From the NCBI GenBank assembly GCA_963751345.1, contig CAVVUS010000012.1:1-64000 (forward strand): a stretch of 64,000 nt of DNA, in the 5' to 3' direction. Below, piece by piece: positions 23,277-35,380 of this stretch (positions are counted from its first letter, which is position 1; each line of letters starts with the position of its first letter). Position numbers and translations under genes: made by a program. A model generated the notes under the pieces. That model did no database searches. It worked only from the letters and a program-made list of their open reading frames with translations, and was not told the origin of the DNA. This stretch comes from an uncultured Chloroflexia bacterium. Its GTDB lineage: Bacteria; Chloroflexota; Anaerolineae; B4-G1; SLSP01.

Positions 23277-24783
23277 ATGCTGGGAATGTACGTCCACACC
23301 CACTGGGGGTACAACCGACCCTATTCGGCGCGTCGCTGGACCTTGCCGGATTGGGAGGGCTACCTCGAGGGGCTGTCCCGGCTGGGCTTCGACACGGTAA
23401 AGGTCTGGCCCCAGATCGACACGATGCCGCTCGTCCCGACCTCAAGCGACGCAGCGTATCTCAGGACGCTGGCTGACGCCACAGAGGTTGCTCACAACCG
23501 GTTCGGGATGAAGGTCATCCTCGTTCTCACAGCCAACTGCATGGGCAACGAGAAAGCGGCCGACTATGCGTTCCACAGCCGACCCTACTTCATCTGCGAG
23601 CAGAAAGTCGATCCCAGCGACGCTGACGCGGTCGCGAGCCTGATCGCGCAGCGGCAGAACGCGCTGGAGTGGGTGCCGAATGCCGACGCCATCGCCATCA
23701 TCGACAGCGATCCGGGTGGCTATATCGGATCCACCAACGAGGCCTTCGTCGATCTGTGTGTAAAGCAGATGCGGGTCTACCGAGACATCCATCCGGAAGC
23801 GGAGTTTGTCTACTGGATGCTGGTGGGATGGGAGACCTACTGCCGGTTCTGGGAGGCCAAGCTCAGGAGGAGGACCCTGAACCAACGCCGTGGAAATACC
23901 AAAACCCGTCGGACTTCATCGATACCCTGACGCTGCTGCAGGAACGGATGCCGGAGCCCTGGTGGCTGACGGGCTTCCTTGATCTCCACACCCAGGCCAT
24001 CGACCGCCTGGGGCTGAGGGACCGGGCGATGTTTTACCCGTACGGCACGATCGAGGGAGAGCCGGTCTTCCCCCTGACCGTTTGGACGCTTCCGAGCGGC
24101 GGACCGCTTCCGAGCGGCGGACCGCTTACGAGCGGCGGCTCGAAAAGCGGCTGACGCCTGAGGCAATGGGGCCCTACCAGCTGGGCGTGATGGGGAATGC
24201 CCAGACCCACTGTCTCCAGTTGCCCCACACCTACTGGTTCGCCCACCTCGCCCGGGGCGGGACGATGGCGACCACCGACCTCGCGGCCTTTGCCGAGCGT
24301 CTGCTACCCGGCCTCGGCGACCCGATTGCCGAGGCCTGGGGCGCGATCGAGTCGACCGAGCCCGAACGCCAGCTCGAGGCAGCGCGCTGCCTGCGAACAA
24401 CGGTAGGCACAGACCATAGGCTGGGTGATCTCGGCGGCCTGCTCTTCGGCGACGCCGATCGATTCCTGGTCGACCTGGCGATGAACCTGGAGCTGCGCGC
24501 CGCGTTGGCCAGGTTCGGACAGGCCGTCAAGGAACGCCGCGACGTGCGCCCCACACTCGGTGCGGCGTTGGAGCGTTTCACCGCCTACCAACAGCGCGTG
24601 GGCTTCGTCGATGCCTACGGCGGGCCGCTCACCGTCTTGCTCAATCAACCGCTCGCAGAGCTGGATGACCCCGGTCTGAATGCAGTGCTGCACGACTTCG
24701 ACGACTGGCGCCATCCCGAGGTACGCAATGGGATCGTCCCGCGACTCATTGCCGCGATGGAGCACTACGTGGCGGGCAAATAG
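23277..24783 (+). CDS. Uncharacterised glycoside-hydrolase-like protein (frame breaks near 23860 and 24085)
   Basis: GMYVHTHWGYNRPY..RWTLPDW..YLEGL..GFDTVKVWP; IIDSDPGG; three consecutive ORFs with no intergenic space. Confidence 0.55.
24087..24140 (+). repeat. 3 x 18-bp tandem repeat inside a CDS
   Basis: CGCTTCCGAGCGGCGGAC twice, then CGCTTACGAGCGGCGGCT. Confidence 0.9.
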
Positions 24784-24853
24784 ACACGCACCCTCCCTAT
24801 GCGCTTGCCCAAACCTGCTCCGAATGCGCTATAATCTGAGAGCGGAGGTGACG

Positions 24854-25123
24854 ATGACACTACGGGAGATCCTGGCAGACATTCACGCGCTAGAGGAAGA
24901 GATGCTAGCTTTCGAGCGCAAGTACGGCGTCCGCTCGGAGACTTTCTACGCTGCCTACGTGAGAGGTGAAGAGCCGGAGAATGACAGTTGGGTCCTGGAT
25001 TTGGGGGAGTGGGCTAGCGTATACCGAACCTGGCTCGGACGGCAAGCCGAGTATCGCAATGAGATTCAGCTCCGGCAACCCGAAGCGCCCAGTCTGATCG
25101 GATTAGTCCACGAGATGCCGTGA
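24854..25123 (+). CDS. Small putative antitoxin (TumA-like)
   Basis: LAFERKYGVRSETFY..Y..G...DLGEWA motif; overlaps the downstream DUF6516-like gene; TATAAT upstream. Confidence 0.6.
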   Translation: MTLREILADIHALEEEMLAFERKYGVRSETFYAAYVRGEEPENDSWVLDLGEWASVYRTWLGRQAEYRNEIQLRQPEAPSLIGLVHEMP

Positions 25124-25569
25124 GCAATCCGCTGCGTTCGCCCGAGGATTACGAGCTATTCCTGTACACGCTCAGTGAAGAGATCACCATGGGTACGCCG
25201 CTCAACTCTGACATTGGTCCGACGCGGAGCAACACTACGCGCGTGTCCGGCGAGCTCCTGTTCGACTTCAACTTTCGTTTGGAGGTCCGCGAGAGGCTCG
25301 TATTCCATAGCCTTCCGATCGAGTTAGATTGGTACGGGTATGAAGTGTGGTGTGGCGAAGAGAAGTTGTATTGGTATGATTCGCAGCCACATCCAGGTGA
25401 TCCCTTGCTTGTAGCAACACACCCGCATCACAAGCATGTTCCCCCCGACGTGAAGCACCATCGCATACCGGCGCCGACAATGAGCTTCAGGCAGCCCAAC
25501 TTGCCCAGATTGATCGAGGAGATCGAGGCCCTCGTTGAAGAAGCAAAGGACCATCTCGAGCCTACCTGA
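25120..25569 (+). CDS. DUF6516/TumE-like toxin-antitoxin protein
   Basis: YGYEVW..LYWYDSQPHP..LVATHPHHKHVPP motif. Confidence 0.7.
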   Translation: MSNPLRSPEDYELFLYTLSEEITMGTPLNSDIGPTRSNTTRVSGELLFDFNFRLEVRERLVFHSLPIELDWYGYEVWCGEEKLYWYDSQPHPGDPLLVATHPHHKHVPPDVKHHRIPAPTMSFRQPNLPRLIEEIEALVEEAKDHLEPT

Positions 25570-26227
25570 TCACAAACGAGATGGCCACCTCGTAGACTGC
25601 AGCGATCGCCAGGACGATGACGATCGGTATGTACATCAGGGCCGTCTGTCGGAGCCCAGCGAGATAGCCCTGGCCCAGCGTGCCGTAGCCCAGCCGCCTG
25701 TGGGCGAGGACGGCCCGTCCCTGAACCCACGCAGCGAGCGCTCCTAGGACGTAGCCCTCGCCCTCGAGCAGCAGCAGACCGACAATGAGCACTCCCGACA
25801 GAATGCCCTGCCCGCTCAACGGGGAGCCCGACGCCGGGGAGAAAATGAAGCCCCACAGAAGCGCACGATAGAAGGCAATCAACCAGCCGCTGAAGGGGAT
25901 GATCAGTGAGGGCAGCGTGATCGAGGCGAAAGTTCCGATGGTGAGGTTGACGATGAAGGTGAGCGCAATGGCCCGCGCAGCCTGTCCGGTCGTATAGGCG
26001 ACGCCGACGGCTGCAAGAGGCCCGCCTTCACCGAAGGTCTGTCCAATGGCGTCATAGAGTGTCTGCTGCAGATCTCGGTTGAAGGCGATGATCACGAGGC
26101 CGGCAATCAGGACGCCATAATAGGCGAGATTGGCAACCAGCCAGGCGCGCCAGTGCTCGCGAATCAGGCCAAAGGATCTGGCAAACACGTTTCCCTGGCG
26201 AGGGGCATCGGACGATGTCATATCCAT
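25562..26227 (-). CDS. Integral membrane protein, SpoIIM/DUF95-like
   Basis: TFIVNL, LLLEGEGY, LAIAAVYE motifs; several TM helices; AAGGAG SD. Confidence 0.65.
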   Translation of the reverse strand: MDMTSSDAPRQGNVFARSFGLIREHWRAWLVANLAYYGVLIAGLVIIAFNRDLQQTLYDAIGQTFGEGGPLAAVGVAYTTGQAARAIALTFIVNLTIGTFASITLPSLIIPFSGWLIAFYRALLWGFIFSPASGSPLSGQGILSGVLIVGLLLLEGEGYVLGALAAWVQGRAVLAHRRLGYGTLGQGYLAGLRQTALMYIPIVIVLAIAAVYEVAISFVIR

Positions 26228-26599
26228 CAGGGCTCCTTTCCGCACAGTCCCTACGGTGGGGACCGTAAGCTATGCCCTGATGATAGCCGAGATTAATGAT
26301 GCCGCCATCGAACCCCGGTCGGATTTGGCGGTTGGACTTGGGGACAGGCCTCACCCACTGAGGCAAGTGCAACCACGTGCCCGGACCTGCGTAGGATATA
26401 TGACGCCCGCCGGCTTTCCCCACTCGCAGCATACCGCTGGGTCGAACAATCATTCTGGCGCGCGGGGGCTCAAGATGCATCATGAACCCACTGGGGTCGG
26501 GCTTGCGTGTTGTTGCCACTGAGGGTGGGGGTTGAGCGGCACCGGTCCATACGGACCGCAAGCACGACGTAAGTCTACTGTCGCCACCTGGAGGTAACG

Positions 26600-26972
26600 G
26601 TGATCATCCCTCAAGCATCAATCGTCGGCGCAGGGGCGCTGTTTCTCTTGACTCTCATCTCCGGTTTATCGCTTGTCCCTCAGAGAGTCGGGCAGTGTGA
26701 TCATCCTAACAATCCATAAACTGATCGCACTGGCGACGCTTGTCTTCCTCATCGTCATTGTCGTCCGGGTAAACAAGGCGATCGGACTGAACTCGATTCA
26801 ATGGGTGAGCACCACTATTGCGGGTCTGCTCTTCATCGCCACGATTGCGTCCGGAGGCCTGCTGAGCACCGGGAAGTCGATGCCGGCAGCGATCTTGTGG
26901 CTGCATCGCGTTGCACCGTATCTGACCTTGCTCGCTACCGTTGCGAGCATGTATCTACTGATCGTCCGCTGA
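26600..26972 (+). CDS. Small 4-TM hypothetical membrane protein with TM histidines (frame break near 26675)
   Basis: GGAGG SD plus GTG; LTLISG..IHKLIAL..IASGGLLS..LHRVAP. Confidence 0.6.
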
Positions 26973-26993
26973 TATCACTGGGACGAGGTCTAC

Positions 26994-27778
26994 TCAATAG
27001 GCGTACAGCCGCCCATAAGGACGCAGCGAGAGCGGGAGGAGCTTCACAAAGGGCGTCTCCAGGATCTCGGACGCGTCGTAGTCGAAATGTGAAGCATAGC
27101 CCCCGACCAACTCCGAGATCAGCGCCTCATCGTCCGCGTCGAGGGGAACCCGCCCGACGCCCTTCCCCAGTTGGAAGTCGTCCAGCTCACCGCGGATGTA
27201 CATGACCCCGCCGTGCATCCCCGTGCCGACAAATCGCGCCGCGTGGGGCTCTCCCGGACGTAGCGTCAGCCCCATCACCATCAACACGCCACCGGCCATG
27301 TACTCGCCGAGGAAGTGCTGCGCCGTTCCGCCGATGATGATGACAGGGCGCTTGTCCTGGTATGCCTTCATGTGGATGCCCACCCGGTAGCCGACGTCGT
27401 CGCGCACCCATATCTTGCCGCCGCGCATCGAGTGCCCCGTGACGTCGCCGGCCCGCCCGTGGATGATGATCTCCCCTTCGTTCATCGTGTTGCCGCACCC
27501 GTCCTGGGCGTTGCCATGCACGACGATCCGCGGCCCATCCATAAACGAGGCCAGGTCGTTGCCGGGCGTTCCGTGGATGTCGATCTGGACCGGAAGCTCG
27601 CACCTTTAGGGCGGTGCAGGTCGGTGCCCAGGTAACGCTGCCCGTAGACGTTGTCGATCTCGACGTGCGAGATCCCCTGCCCATTCACGACCTCGCGCAG
27701 CTTCGCGTTGAGATCGCGATAGTGCATGCCGCTTGCATCGATCTGGTACACGGCAGTCTGAACGTCTGTCATCTTCAT
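26994..27778 (-). CDS. Glutamate synthase domain 3 (GXGXG beta-helix, GltB3) (frame breaks near 27590-27610)
   Basis: NVYGQRYLG, GNAQDGCGNTMNEG, MRGGKI, FLGEYMAGG, GTGMHGG. Confidence 0.9.
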
Positions 27779-28956
27779 CACTCCTTCTGGCGCTCGGTCA
27801 AGCAACCGCAGCCACACGTTGCCGCGGTGCTCATCGGAGCCGCTGCCGTCTGGAGGGGCACACCCAACCGGCCGATGACGGGCTCGCCTCCTACCGGACT
27901 CCATAGCCGATCGAGCTCTCGGCTGACCAGGCGAATCGGCGCCTCTTCGGAGGACACGTAGAGCCTATTGCCGCGGGTCGCCGCAATGATGGGGCGCAGG
28001 CGGAGACGGTCGGTCAGCCCGATCATCTCGCCCTGATGCGCAAGGATGATGGTGAACGGTCCATTCATCAGCAACGCACCATAGACCTGCCGCAGCGTGC
28101 GGAACAGGGCCTGCTGCTCGGATGGCATCCGCTCGATCTCGTCCCAGAGCGGAGGCGCCAGCACCTTGACCGCCAACTCAACCGGCAGGCTGTGGCGTCG
28201 CATCAGGTAGTCGGCAGCATACGCCATCACCTCGGTGTCGGTGGTCATCGTGCAGTGGTAGCCCTGCATCTCCAGGAACCGGCGGTTCGTGCCATAGGAC
28301 GAGATCTCACCGTTATGGACGACCGTCCAGTCCAGCAGGCCAAAGGGATGCGCCCCGCCCCACCACCCCGGCGTGTTGGTCGGGAAACGGTTGTGCGCCG
28401 TCCAGATATAGCCTTCGTACTCCTCTACGCCGAAGTAATCGGCAATCTGCTGGGGAAAGCCCACACCCTTGAATGACCCCATGTTCTTGCCGCTGCTGTA
28501 GATATATGCGCCTATCCCCGCGACGTTGATCTCCATCACTCTGGATACCACGTACTCGAGTTCACCGAGGAGCTTCACCAGGGGATGATTCTCATCGACG
28601 GTGAGGAAATAGCGCCAGATCACGGGAGCATCGTGAAGCTCAGGGGTCGGGTTATGAGGGACCTCCTCGGCGTGTACAAAGACGAAGTCGCTCCTCAAAC
28701 GCGCTTCCACCTGAGGGCGATGATCCGCGTTGGTATACATCACGTGGAAGGCGTAGCAGTCGGCATATTCGGGGTAGCAGCCATAGATCGCATATCCCGA
28801 TCCCAGACCGTTGCCACGTTCGGTCATGTTGACCAGGCCGGTCACGACGTCCTCACCGGTGAACCGCTCACCGGTCGTATCCATCATCCCGAAGACGCCG
28901 CAAGCATCGTAGACTTTGTCATCGCCATATGGATTCTCAAGCGACGTGATGTTCAT
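27778..28956 (-). CDS. Glutamate synthase domain 1, class II glutamine amidotransferase (GltB1)
   Basis: DACGVFG Ntn cysteine after a short propeptide; ERGNGLG; AHNRFPTNTPGWWGGAHPF; VHNGEI; TDTE. Confidence 0.92.
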   Translation of the reverse strand: MNITSLENPYGDDKVYDACGVFGMMDTTGERFTGEDVVTGLVNMTERGNGLGSGYAIYGCYPEYADCYAFHVMYTNADHRPQVEARLRSDFVFVHAEEVPHNPTPELHDAPVIWRYFLTVDENHPLVKLLGELEYVVSRVMEINVAGIGAYIYSSGKNMGSFKGVGFPQQIADYFGVEEYEGYIWTAHNRFPTNTPGWWGGAHPFGLLDWTVVHNGEISSYGTNRRFLEMQGYHCTMTTDTEVMAYAADYLMRRHSLPVELAVKVLAPPLWDEIERMPSEQQALFRTLRQVYGALLMNGPFTIILAHQGEMIGLTDRLRLRPIIAATRGNRLYVSSEEAPIRLVSRELDRLWSPVGGEPVIGRLGVPLQTAAAPMSTAATCGCGCLTERQKE

Positions 28957-28980
28957 TGTGAGTTCCCCCTCGTTCTAACG

Positions 28981-29102
28981 AAGCAATCAGCTTTCAGCGA
29001 AAGGAAGTAAGAAGTACGGAGTAAGGAATATGGGCACTCGGTTGCAGCCTACTTCCTACTCCTTACTCCCTACTCCTGCTGATCGCTGATCGCTAATCGC
29101 TT
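28981..29102. repeat. Nested palindromic heptamer-repeat element
   Basis: Outer arms AAGCAATCAGCTTTCAGC / GCTGATCGCTGATCGCTAATCGCTT; inner arms approximately (GGAGTAA)n / (TACTCCT)n. Confidence 0.75.
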
Positions 29103-29105
29103 CCT

Positions 29106-30406
29106 CTAGACCTCTATCCCGCTTCCGACCACCAGGTGCTTCCGGTATTCCTTGGGCAGCGAAATCAAGCCAAAGCTCCCCGACAGCAGGTGATTCTTGA
29201 ACTGACTGACATCAGCCTGGTCACGAATCAACCCGGTGTAAATGCCGGCCCGATCGATCTCATTCATGAAGACCGCCCCTACCAGGCGATGGCCTCGCAG
29301 GACGAGCTTCTTGTAAACCAACGATTCACGGTCGTAGTCGTCGATGATCTCGTAGCGCTCGCCATCCTGCGGTGGGTCGGTGAGCCCCACGGAGATCGTG
29401 GGTACGTCGCACACACTGATCGAGTTCATCGGGAACCCACCCTCGTACGTGCGCTCCACCCCAGCCATGTTGGCACCGGCGACGTGGCCTTGGCGATAGG
29501 CCAGCGGCCAGATCGCGATCTGGCGATAGGCGTCCACCAGCTTGTCGTAAGCTTCGACACAGTCGCCGGCTGCGTAGACATCCGGGGCCGTGGTGCGCAT
29601 ATGCTCGTCCACACGGATGCCCCGCTCAACGCGGATGCCCGCACCCGCCGGAATCATACTCGTATTGGGACGCACGCCGATGGCGAAGATGACCATGTCG
29701 GTGTCCAGCCGTTCTCCATCATTGAGCAGCGCGTGATCGACCCGCCCACCTCGCCGACCGCCCACGGCGGCATGATCTCCGTCACCGTTGTCTTGGTCTT
29801 GATCTCCACACCCTCGCGACGCAGGATGATCTCGGCCAATCTCGAGGCCGTGGGATCGAAGATGGTGCTCAGCACCCGGTCAGCGAGCTCCACGACCGTG
29901 ACCCGGATCCCCCGTGCGAGCAACGCCTCAATGGTCTTGAGCCCGATCAACCCCGCGCCGATGACCAAGGCCGACTTCACGTGAACCTCATCGATGTAGC
30001 GACCGATCTTCCGAGCGTCATCCCACGTGCCGAAGGTGAAGACCCCCTGCAGATCGGAGCCGGCAACCGGCGGAACAAAGGGCTTGCCCCCCGTCGCGAT
30101 CAGCAGCCGGTCGTAAGGTAGGGTCCCTCCACCGGCCAGGGAAACGACACGCTGCTGTGGGGCGACCTCGGTCACTTCCACGCCCAACAGCGTCTCGACC
30201 CGGTTGGCCTCGTAGAAATCCGCAGGGCGATAGCTCATTCGAGACTCATCCACCAATCCCCCCAACAGGTAGGAGATCAGGGGGCGTGAGTATGTGTGAT
30301 GGGGCTCATCGGCAACGATGGTGATGGCGCTTTCCTGGTCGTGGTGACGGATGCCCTCAACACACCCAATGGCTGCCGCAGAATTGCCGATAATGACGTG
30401 TCTCAT
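29106..30406 (-). CDS. FAD-dependent pyridine nucleotide-disulfide oxidoreductase (frame break near 29750)
   Basis: IIGNSAAA, LLIATGG, IGAGLIG, VYAAGDC. Confidence 0.9.
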
Positions 30407-30867
30407 CGCTTCTCCCCTTCCGCGACCGGAGCATCCACAAAGGTCAGCGCCTCGTTGGGACAGTTGGCCACGCAGACCGGCATCTCTTCACCGTAGCAGA
30501 GATCGCATTTCGAGGCCACCTTGTTCCCGACCAGGTTCCGCTGGATCGCGCCGAACGGACAGACCATCACGCACATCCAGCACCCCACACACCGATCCTC
30601 GTCGCAGAGCACCGCCCCGGTCTCCTCGTCACGATGCATCGCCCCGACCATGCAGGCTTCGATACAGGGCGCATCCTCACAGTGCCGGCATTGCATCGCG
30701 AAGGAAAGCGGGCCCTCCTCCTCGACCAGCACCCGCGCCAGCGCCCGGGGAGCCTCCTCCTTGAAGGCCTTGATGATCTTCTTCGACCGCGAATGCTGTA
30801 CTGCACAGTGGATCTCGCACAAGCGGCAACCAATACAGTATTCCTCGTTGACGTAGATCTGCTTCAT
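30403..30867 (-). CDS. 4Fe-4S dicluster protein (HydN/CooF-like)
   Basis: CIGCRLCEIHC, CRHCEDAPCIEAC, CVGCWMCVMVCP, KCDLC..CVANCP. Confidence 0.93.
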   Translation of the reverse strand: MKQIYVNEEYCIGCRLCEIHCAVQHSRSKKIIKAFKEEAPRALARVLVEEEGPLSFAMQCRHCEDAPCIEACMVGAMHRDEETGAVLCDEDRCVGCWMCVMVCPFGAIQRNLVGNKVASKCDLCYGEEMPVCVANCPNEALTFVDAPVAEGEKR

Positions 30868-30884
30868 CGCTCTCCTCCCCGGTC

Positions 30885-32402
<1,518 letters not shown>

Positions 32403-32456
32403 TGCTTTCCCCCTCGTCGCAGAACGTTGAGCCAACTTTATTGGGTACGACCAACA

Positions 32457-33161
32457 CTATGACGAAACCGGCGACAACTCCGGCGTCTGCAGGCGGTTTT
32501 CGAGAATCGAGAAGTGCTTGACCAGCGTCTCCTTGCCTTCGTACGGTCGGTGCGCCCTCAGTGCGTCGACCATCGCGCGGTGGCTGGACCACATCTCCTC
32601 GTAGTAGGTGAGTTCGAAGTAATGGTGTAGCTCCACTGCCTCATAGGCATCCCAATAGGCCCTCAGAAGCCCCTGGACAAAAGGGTTGTCCAGCTTGGCG
32701 AAGATCGCGAGATGCAGTTGCCGGTGTTCGGCGTGGGGTATCCGGATCGGCGTGCCCACAAGCTTGCGCTGTGCGCTCTCGACGATCCGGTCGAGCTGAT
32801 CGAGATCCTCTTGATCCAGGGCTTGCGTGGCTTCGTCCCAGAAGGCAACCTCCAGATAGGCCCGCAGCTTCCGAAATGCCTCGAAATTGGTCCTGTCGCA
32901 CGCGATGCTATACAGGACGGCAGGGCGAATGGCGGCGTAGAAGTCAAAGGGGTGGACGTAGGTACCATCGCCAGGTCGCATCTCGATGACGCCATAGGCC
33001 TGTGCGGCGATAAGCTCCTCACGCAGCTTGCCACGGCTGATTCCCATTTCCTTTGCGAGATCGCCAAGCGAAGGCAGCTTGACAGGCTCATCGTCACAAG
33101 AAGACGGCCCCGCGTCCACCAAGTACTGCGTGATGCTCTGCATGAAGGAGACTTCGTTCAC
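32457..33161 (-). CDS. GntR/FadR-family transcriptional regulator (FCD domain)
   Basis: KLPSLGDLAKEMGISRGKLRE..RPGDGTYV HTH; HRQLHLAI..NPF FCD; start placed at GTG 33161, downstream of the promoter. Confidence 0.9.
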   Translation of the reverse strand: MNEVSFMQSITQYLVDAGPSSCDDEPVKLPSLGDLAKEMGISRGKLREELIAAQAYGVIEMRPGDGTYVHPFDFYAAIRPAVLYSIACDRTNFEAFRKLRAYLEVAFWDEATQALDQEDLDQLDRIVESAQRKLVGTPIRIPHAEHRQLHLAIFAKLDNPFVQGLLRAYWDAYEAVELHHYFELTYYEEMWSSHRAMVDALRAHRPYEGKETLVKHFSILENRLQTPELSPVSS

Positions 33162-33176
33162 TTCTTCCCCCAATCG

Positions 33177-33240
33177 ATTGTACCTGAACCAATAGATCCG
33201 AAAGGTCGAACGATTATACCGGTACAATGGGGGTTGTCAA
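33177..33240 (-). promoter_or_regulatory. Sigma70 promoter with overlapping FadR-like operators
   Basis: TTGACA-N16-TATAAT (33240-33213); palindrome ATTATACCGGTACAAT at 33213-33228; second site ATTGTACCTGAACCAAT at 33177-33193. Confidence 0.75.
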
Positions 33241-33514
33241 GGGGAAAACCGGTGGAATTCAGGTCACTTCAAGGGCGAGATAGCCGGGGATGCAGGCCGT
33301 GGGGGCGCGCGCAAACCACAGGCACCAGAGGTACGCCTAGAGGCAGTAGTCGTCCCGATGTTTGGTGACACCGCGGAAAGCGTAGAGCGCGGCGACAAAC
33401 CCTATCAAATGAGGTCTCTCGTCATACCGTTCTTCGACATCTTCCCCACTTGCGCTAACACCACGCCACTTTATCATACCTGAGCGGACGGCTATCCTTG
33501 CTGGAGAGGTGTGT

Positions 33515-34318
33515 ATGAACCTACCCCTACTCAAAGTCATCTTCGCCGCTGTCGTCTTTGCCACCGGCAGCGTGGGGGTGTCGCTCCCCTGGATTCTACA
33601 GGCAAACGCGGTCAACGATCGTCTCAGAGCCTGGGGAAATGCGTTTTCCGCGGGCGTGCTCGGGGGAGCCGGGCTGATCCACCTGCTGGACGCCGCGGTC
33701 ACCGGCTTCCGGACCGCCGCACCGGGACTGACCTATCCCCTTGCGTTTGTCCTCGCGGGTGGCGGATTCCTGCTGATCCTGCTCATCGAAGAAGTCATCG
33801 TCTCCCACCCCGAGGAAGCGGGCCACTCCGCGCATGGCGCACTGGCCAGGACCGACGAACGAGAAGGCGACGGCGCGCTCCCATTTGTCCTGCTGCTGGT
33901 CCTGTCGATCCACTCCGTCATCGTCGGCACGGCCCTCGGCGCGCAGCACGCACTTGGTACCGCGGCCATCGTGTTTGCCGCAGTTATGGCTCACAAGGCA
34001 ACGGCCGGGTTTGCCTTGGGTGTCGCCTATCAGCGGGCCGGCTTCACGCCCCGGCAGACCCTACCTGAGGCAGCGCTTTTCGCAAGCATGACACCGCTCG
34101 GGATTCTCATTGGCACGGGGATCAGTGCGCTGACCTCGTCCACCGGGGCACTATGGTTCGAGTCGGTCTTCGACTCTCTGGGCGCAGGGACCTTCGTCTA
34201 TATCGCCACACTCGACATCCTGCGGACCGAGTTCGACAGGCCGGGCGACCGTTGGCAGAAATGGCTGGCTACCACTTTGGGGTTCGGCACCATGGCGATC
34301 GTGGCGATATGGATATAG
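33515..34318 (+). CDS. ZIP-family divalent metal transporter
   Basis: GNAFSAGV..LIHLL, LSIHSVIVG, AHKATAG, MTPLG, AGTFVYIATLDIL. Confidence 0.92.
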   Translation: MNLPLLKVIFAAVVFATGSVGVSLPWILQANAVNDRLRAWGNAFSAGVLGGAGLIHLLDAAVTGFRTAAPGLTYPLAFVLAGGGFLLILLIEEVIVSHPEEAGHSAHGALARTDEREGDGALPFVLLLVLSIHSVIVGTALGAQHALGTAAIVFAAVMAHKATAGFALGVAYQRAGFTPRQTLPEAALFASMTPLGILIGTGISALTSSTGALWFESVFDSLGAGTFVYIATLDILRTEFDRPGDRWQKWLATTLGFGTMAIVAIWI

Positions 34319-34367
34319 GCGCTCGAACCGTAGGGACGGTTCGTCTCTCCCGACGACTCACGACGTA

Positions 34368-35332
34368 ATGGCCGTAGACTGGCAAGAGCGATTCACACAG
34401 GAATCCCTGGCTCTGGTGGATAGCTTTCTTGCGAGCCACCCCGGCTATTCGCGGCAGGGCGTCGCCCAGCCGGGCCAGGGTTCAACCAACCGGATCATCT
34501 TTGCACGTCACCGCAACGACATCGTCGTCTTCAAGGTATTCTGTGAGGCCGAGCGCAAGGAGCGTGAGTACTTCGCTCTCCGTCACTGGCGCAGGACTGG
34601 GCTCGTGCCGAGGCTGATCTGGGACGCCGGACCGCGGATGATCGCGATGTCGTATGTACCAGGGTCAGTGGCTTCACACGGCGCGCACCAGCGAGGGGGA
34701 TGTGGCCTGGCGCGATGCCTGTCGCGACACAGGGCGTGCCGTGGCGGAGCTCACGAAGGTACCCCTCGATGCCGAGGATCGGATATCGTTCGAGTCACGG
34801 TTCTACGGCGACCTGGGGACCCTTGAGGCGTATCTCGGACGGATCATCGACCTGGGACACTCTATCGCTGCCCGCGATCCGGAGTTCGGTGACGCGTTCT
34901 GGCATCGGGATCTCGACTTCATCGAGAGCCCGCTTGACAGGCTCCTATCGGAGCCTCGCGCCCTGTACCATCAAGACGTGTCCAACTTCCACGTGCAGAA
35001 GGGCGAGTTTATGGGCTTCTTTGACCTCGAGATGTGCCGGGTTGGATGTGCAAGCATGCAGCTGGGCGCCGCAGCGTGCATGTTCCTGGGCGAGTCGGTG
35101 GGCTGGGCCCACTTCCGGGAAGGATATGAAGCAGTCAGACGACAGCCTCTGAGTCGCGACGAGCGGCGAGCGGCGGCTGCCGCCGAGCCATCTCCTGTGC
35201 TGGCGCGAGATCAGTCGCTATCTGAGCTATGACGGCACACCCGGCACCGGATACGACTGGGCCACGCCGGCCGATCCTACGCGCTATAGGCAAACGATCG
35301 AGGGCATCAACGCTCTGCTCGGCGTGGACTAG
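34368..35332 (+). CDS. Aminoglycoside-phosphotransferase/kinase-like protein (frame breaks near 34665 and 35185)
   Basis: GQGSTN, VVFKVF, LYHQDVSNFHV (HxD..N), FFDLEM (DxE). Confidence 0.7.
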
Positions 35333-35380
35333 GCTGGTCTGCCCTATGGCGTCGACCCGGAAGGGCTCCCAGACAGGACT

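Noticed and set aside
24087-24140. Mini CRISPR array
   Set aside because: Contiguous 18-bp units without spacers, inside a CDS; no cas genes.
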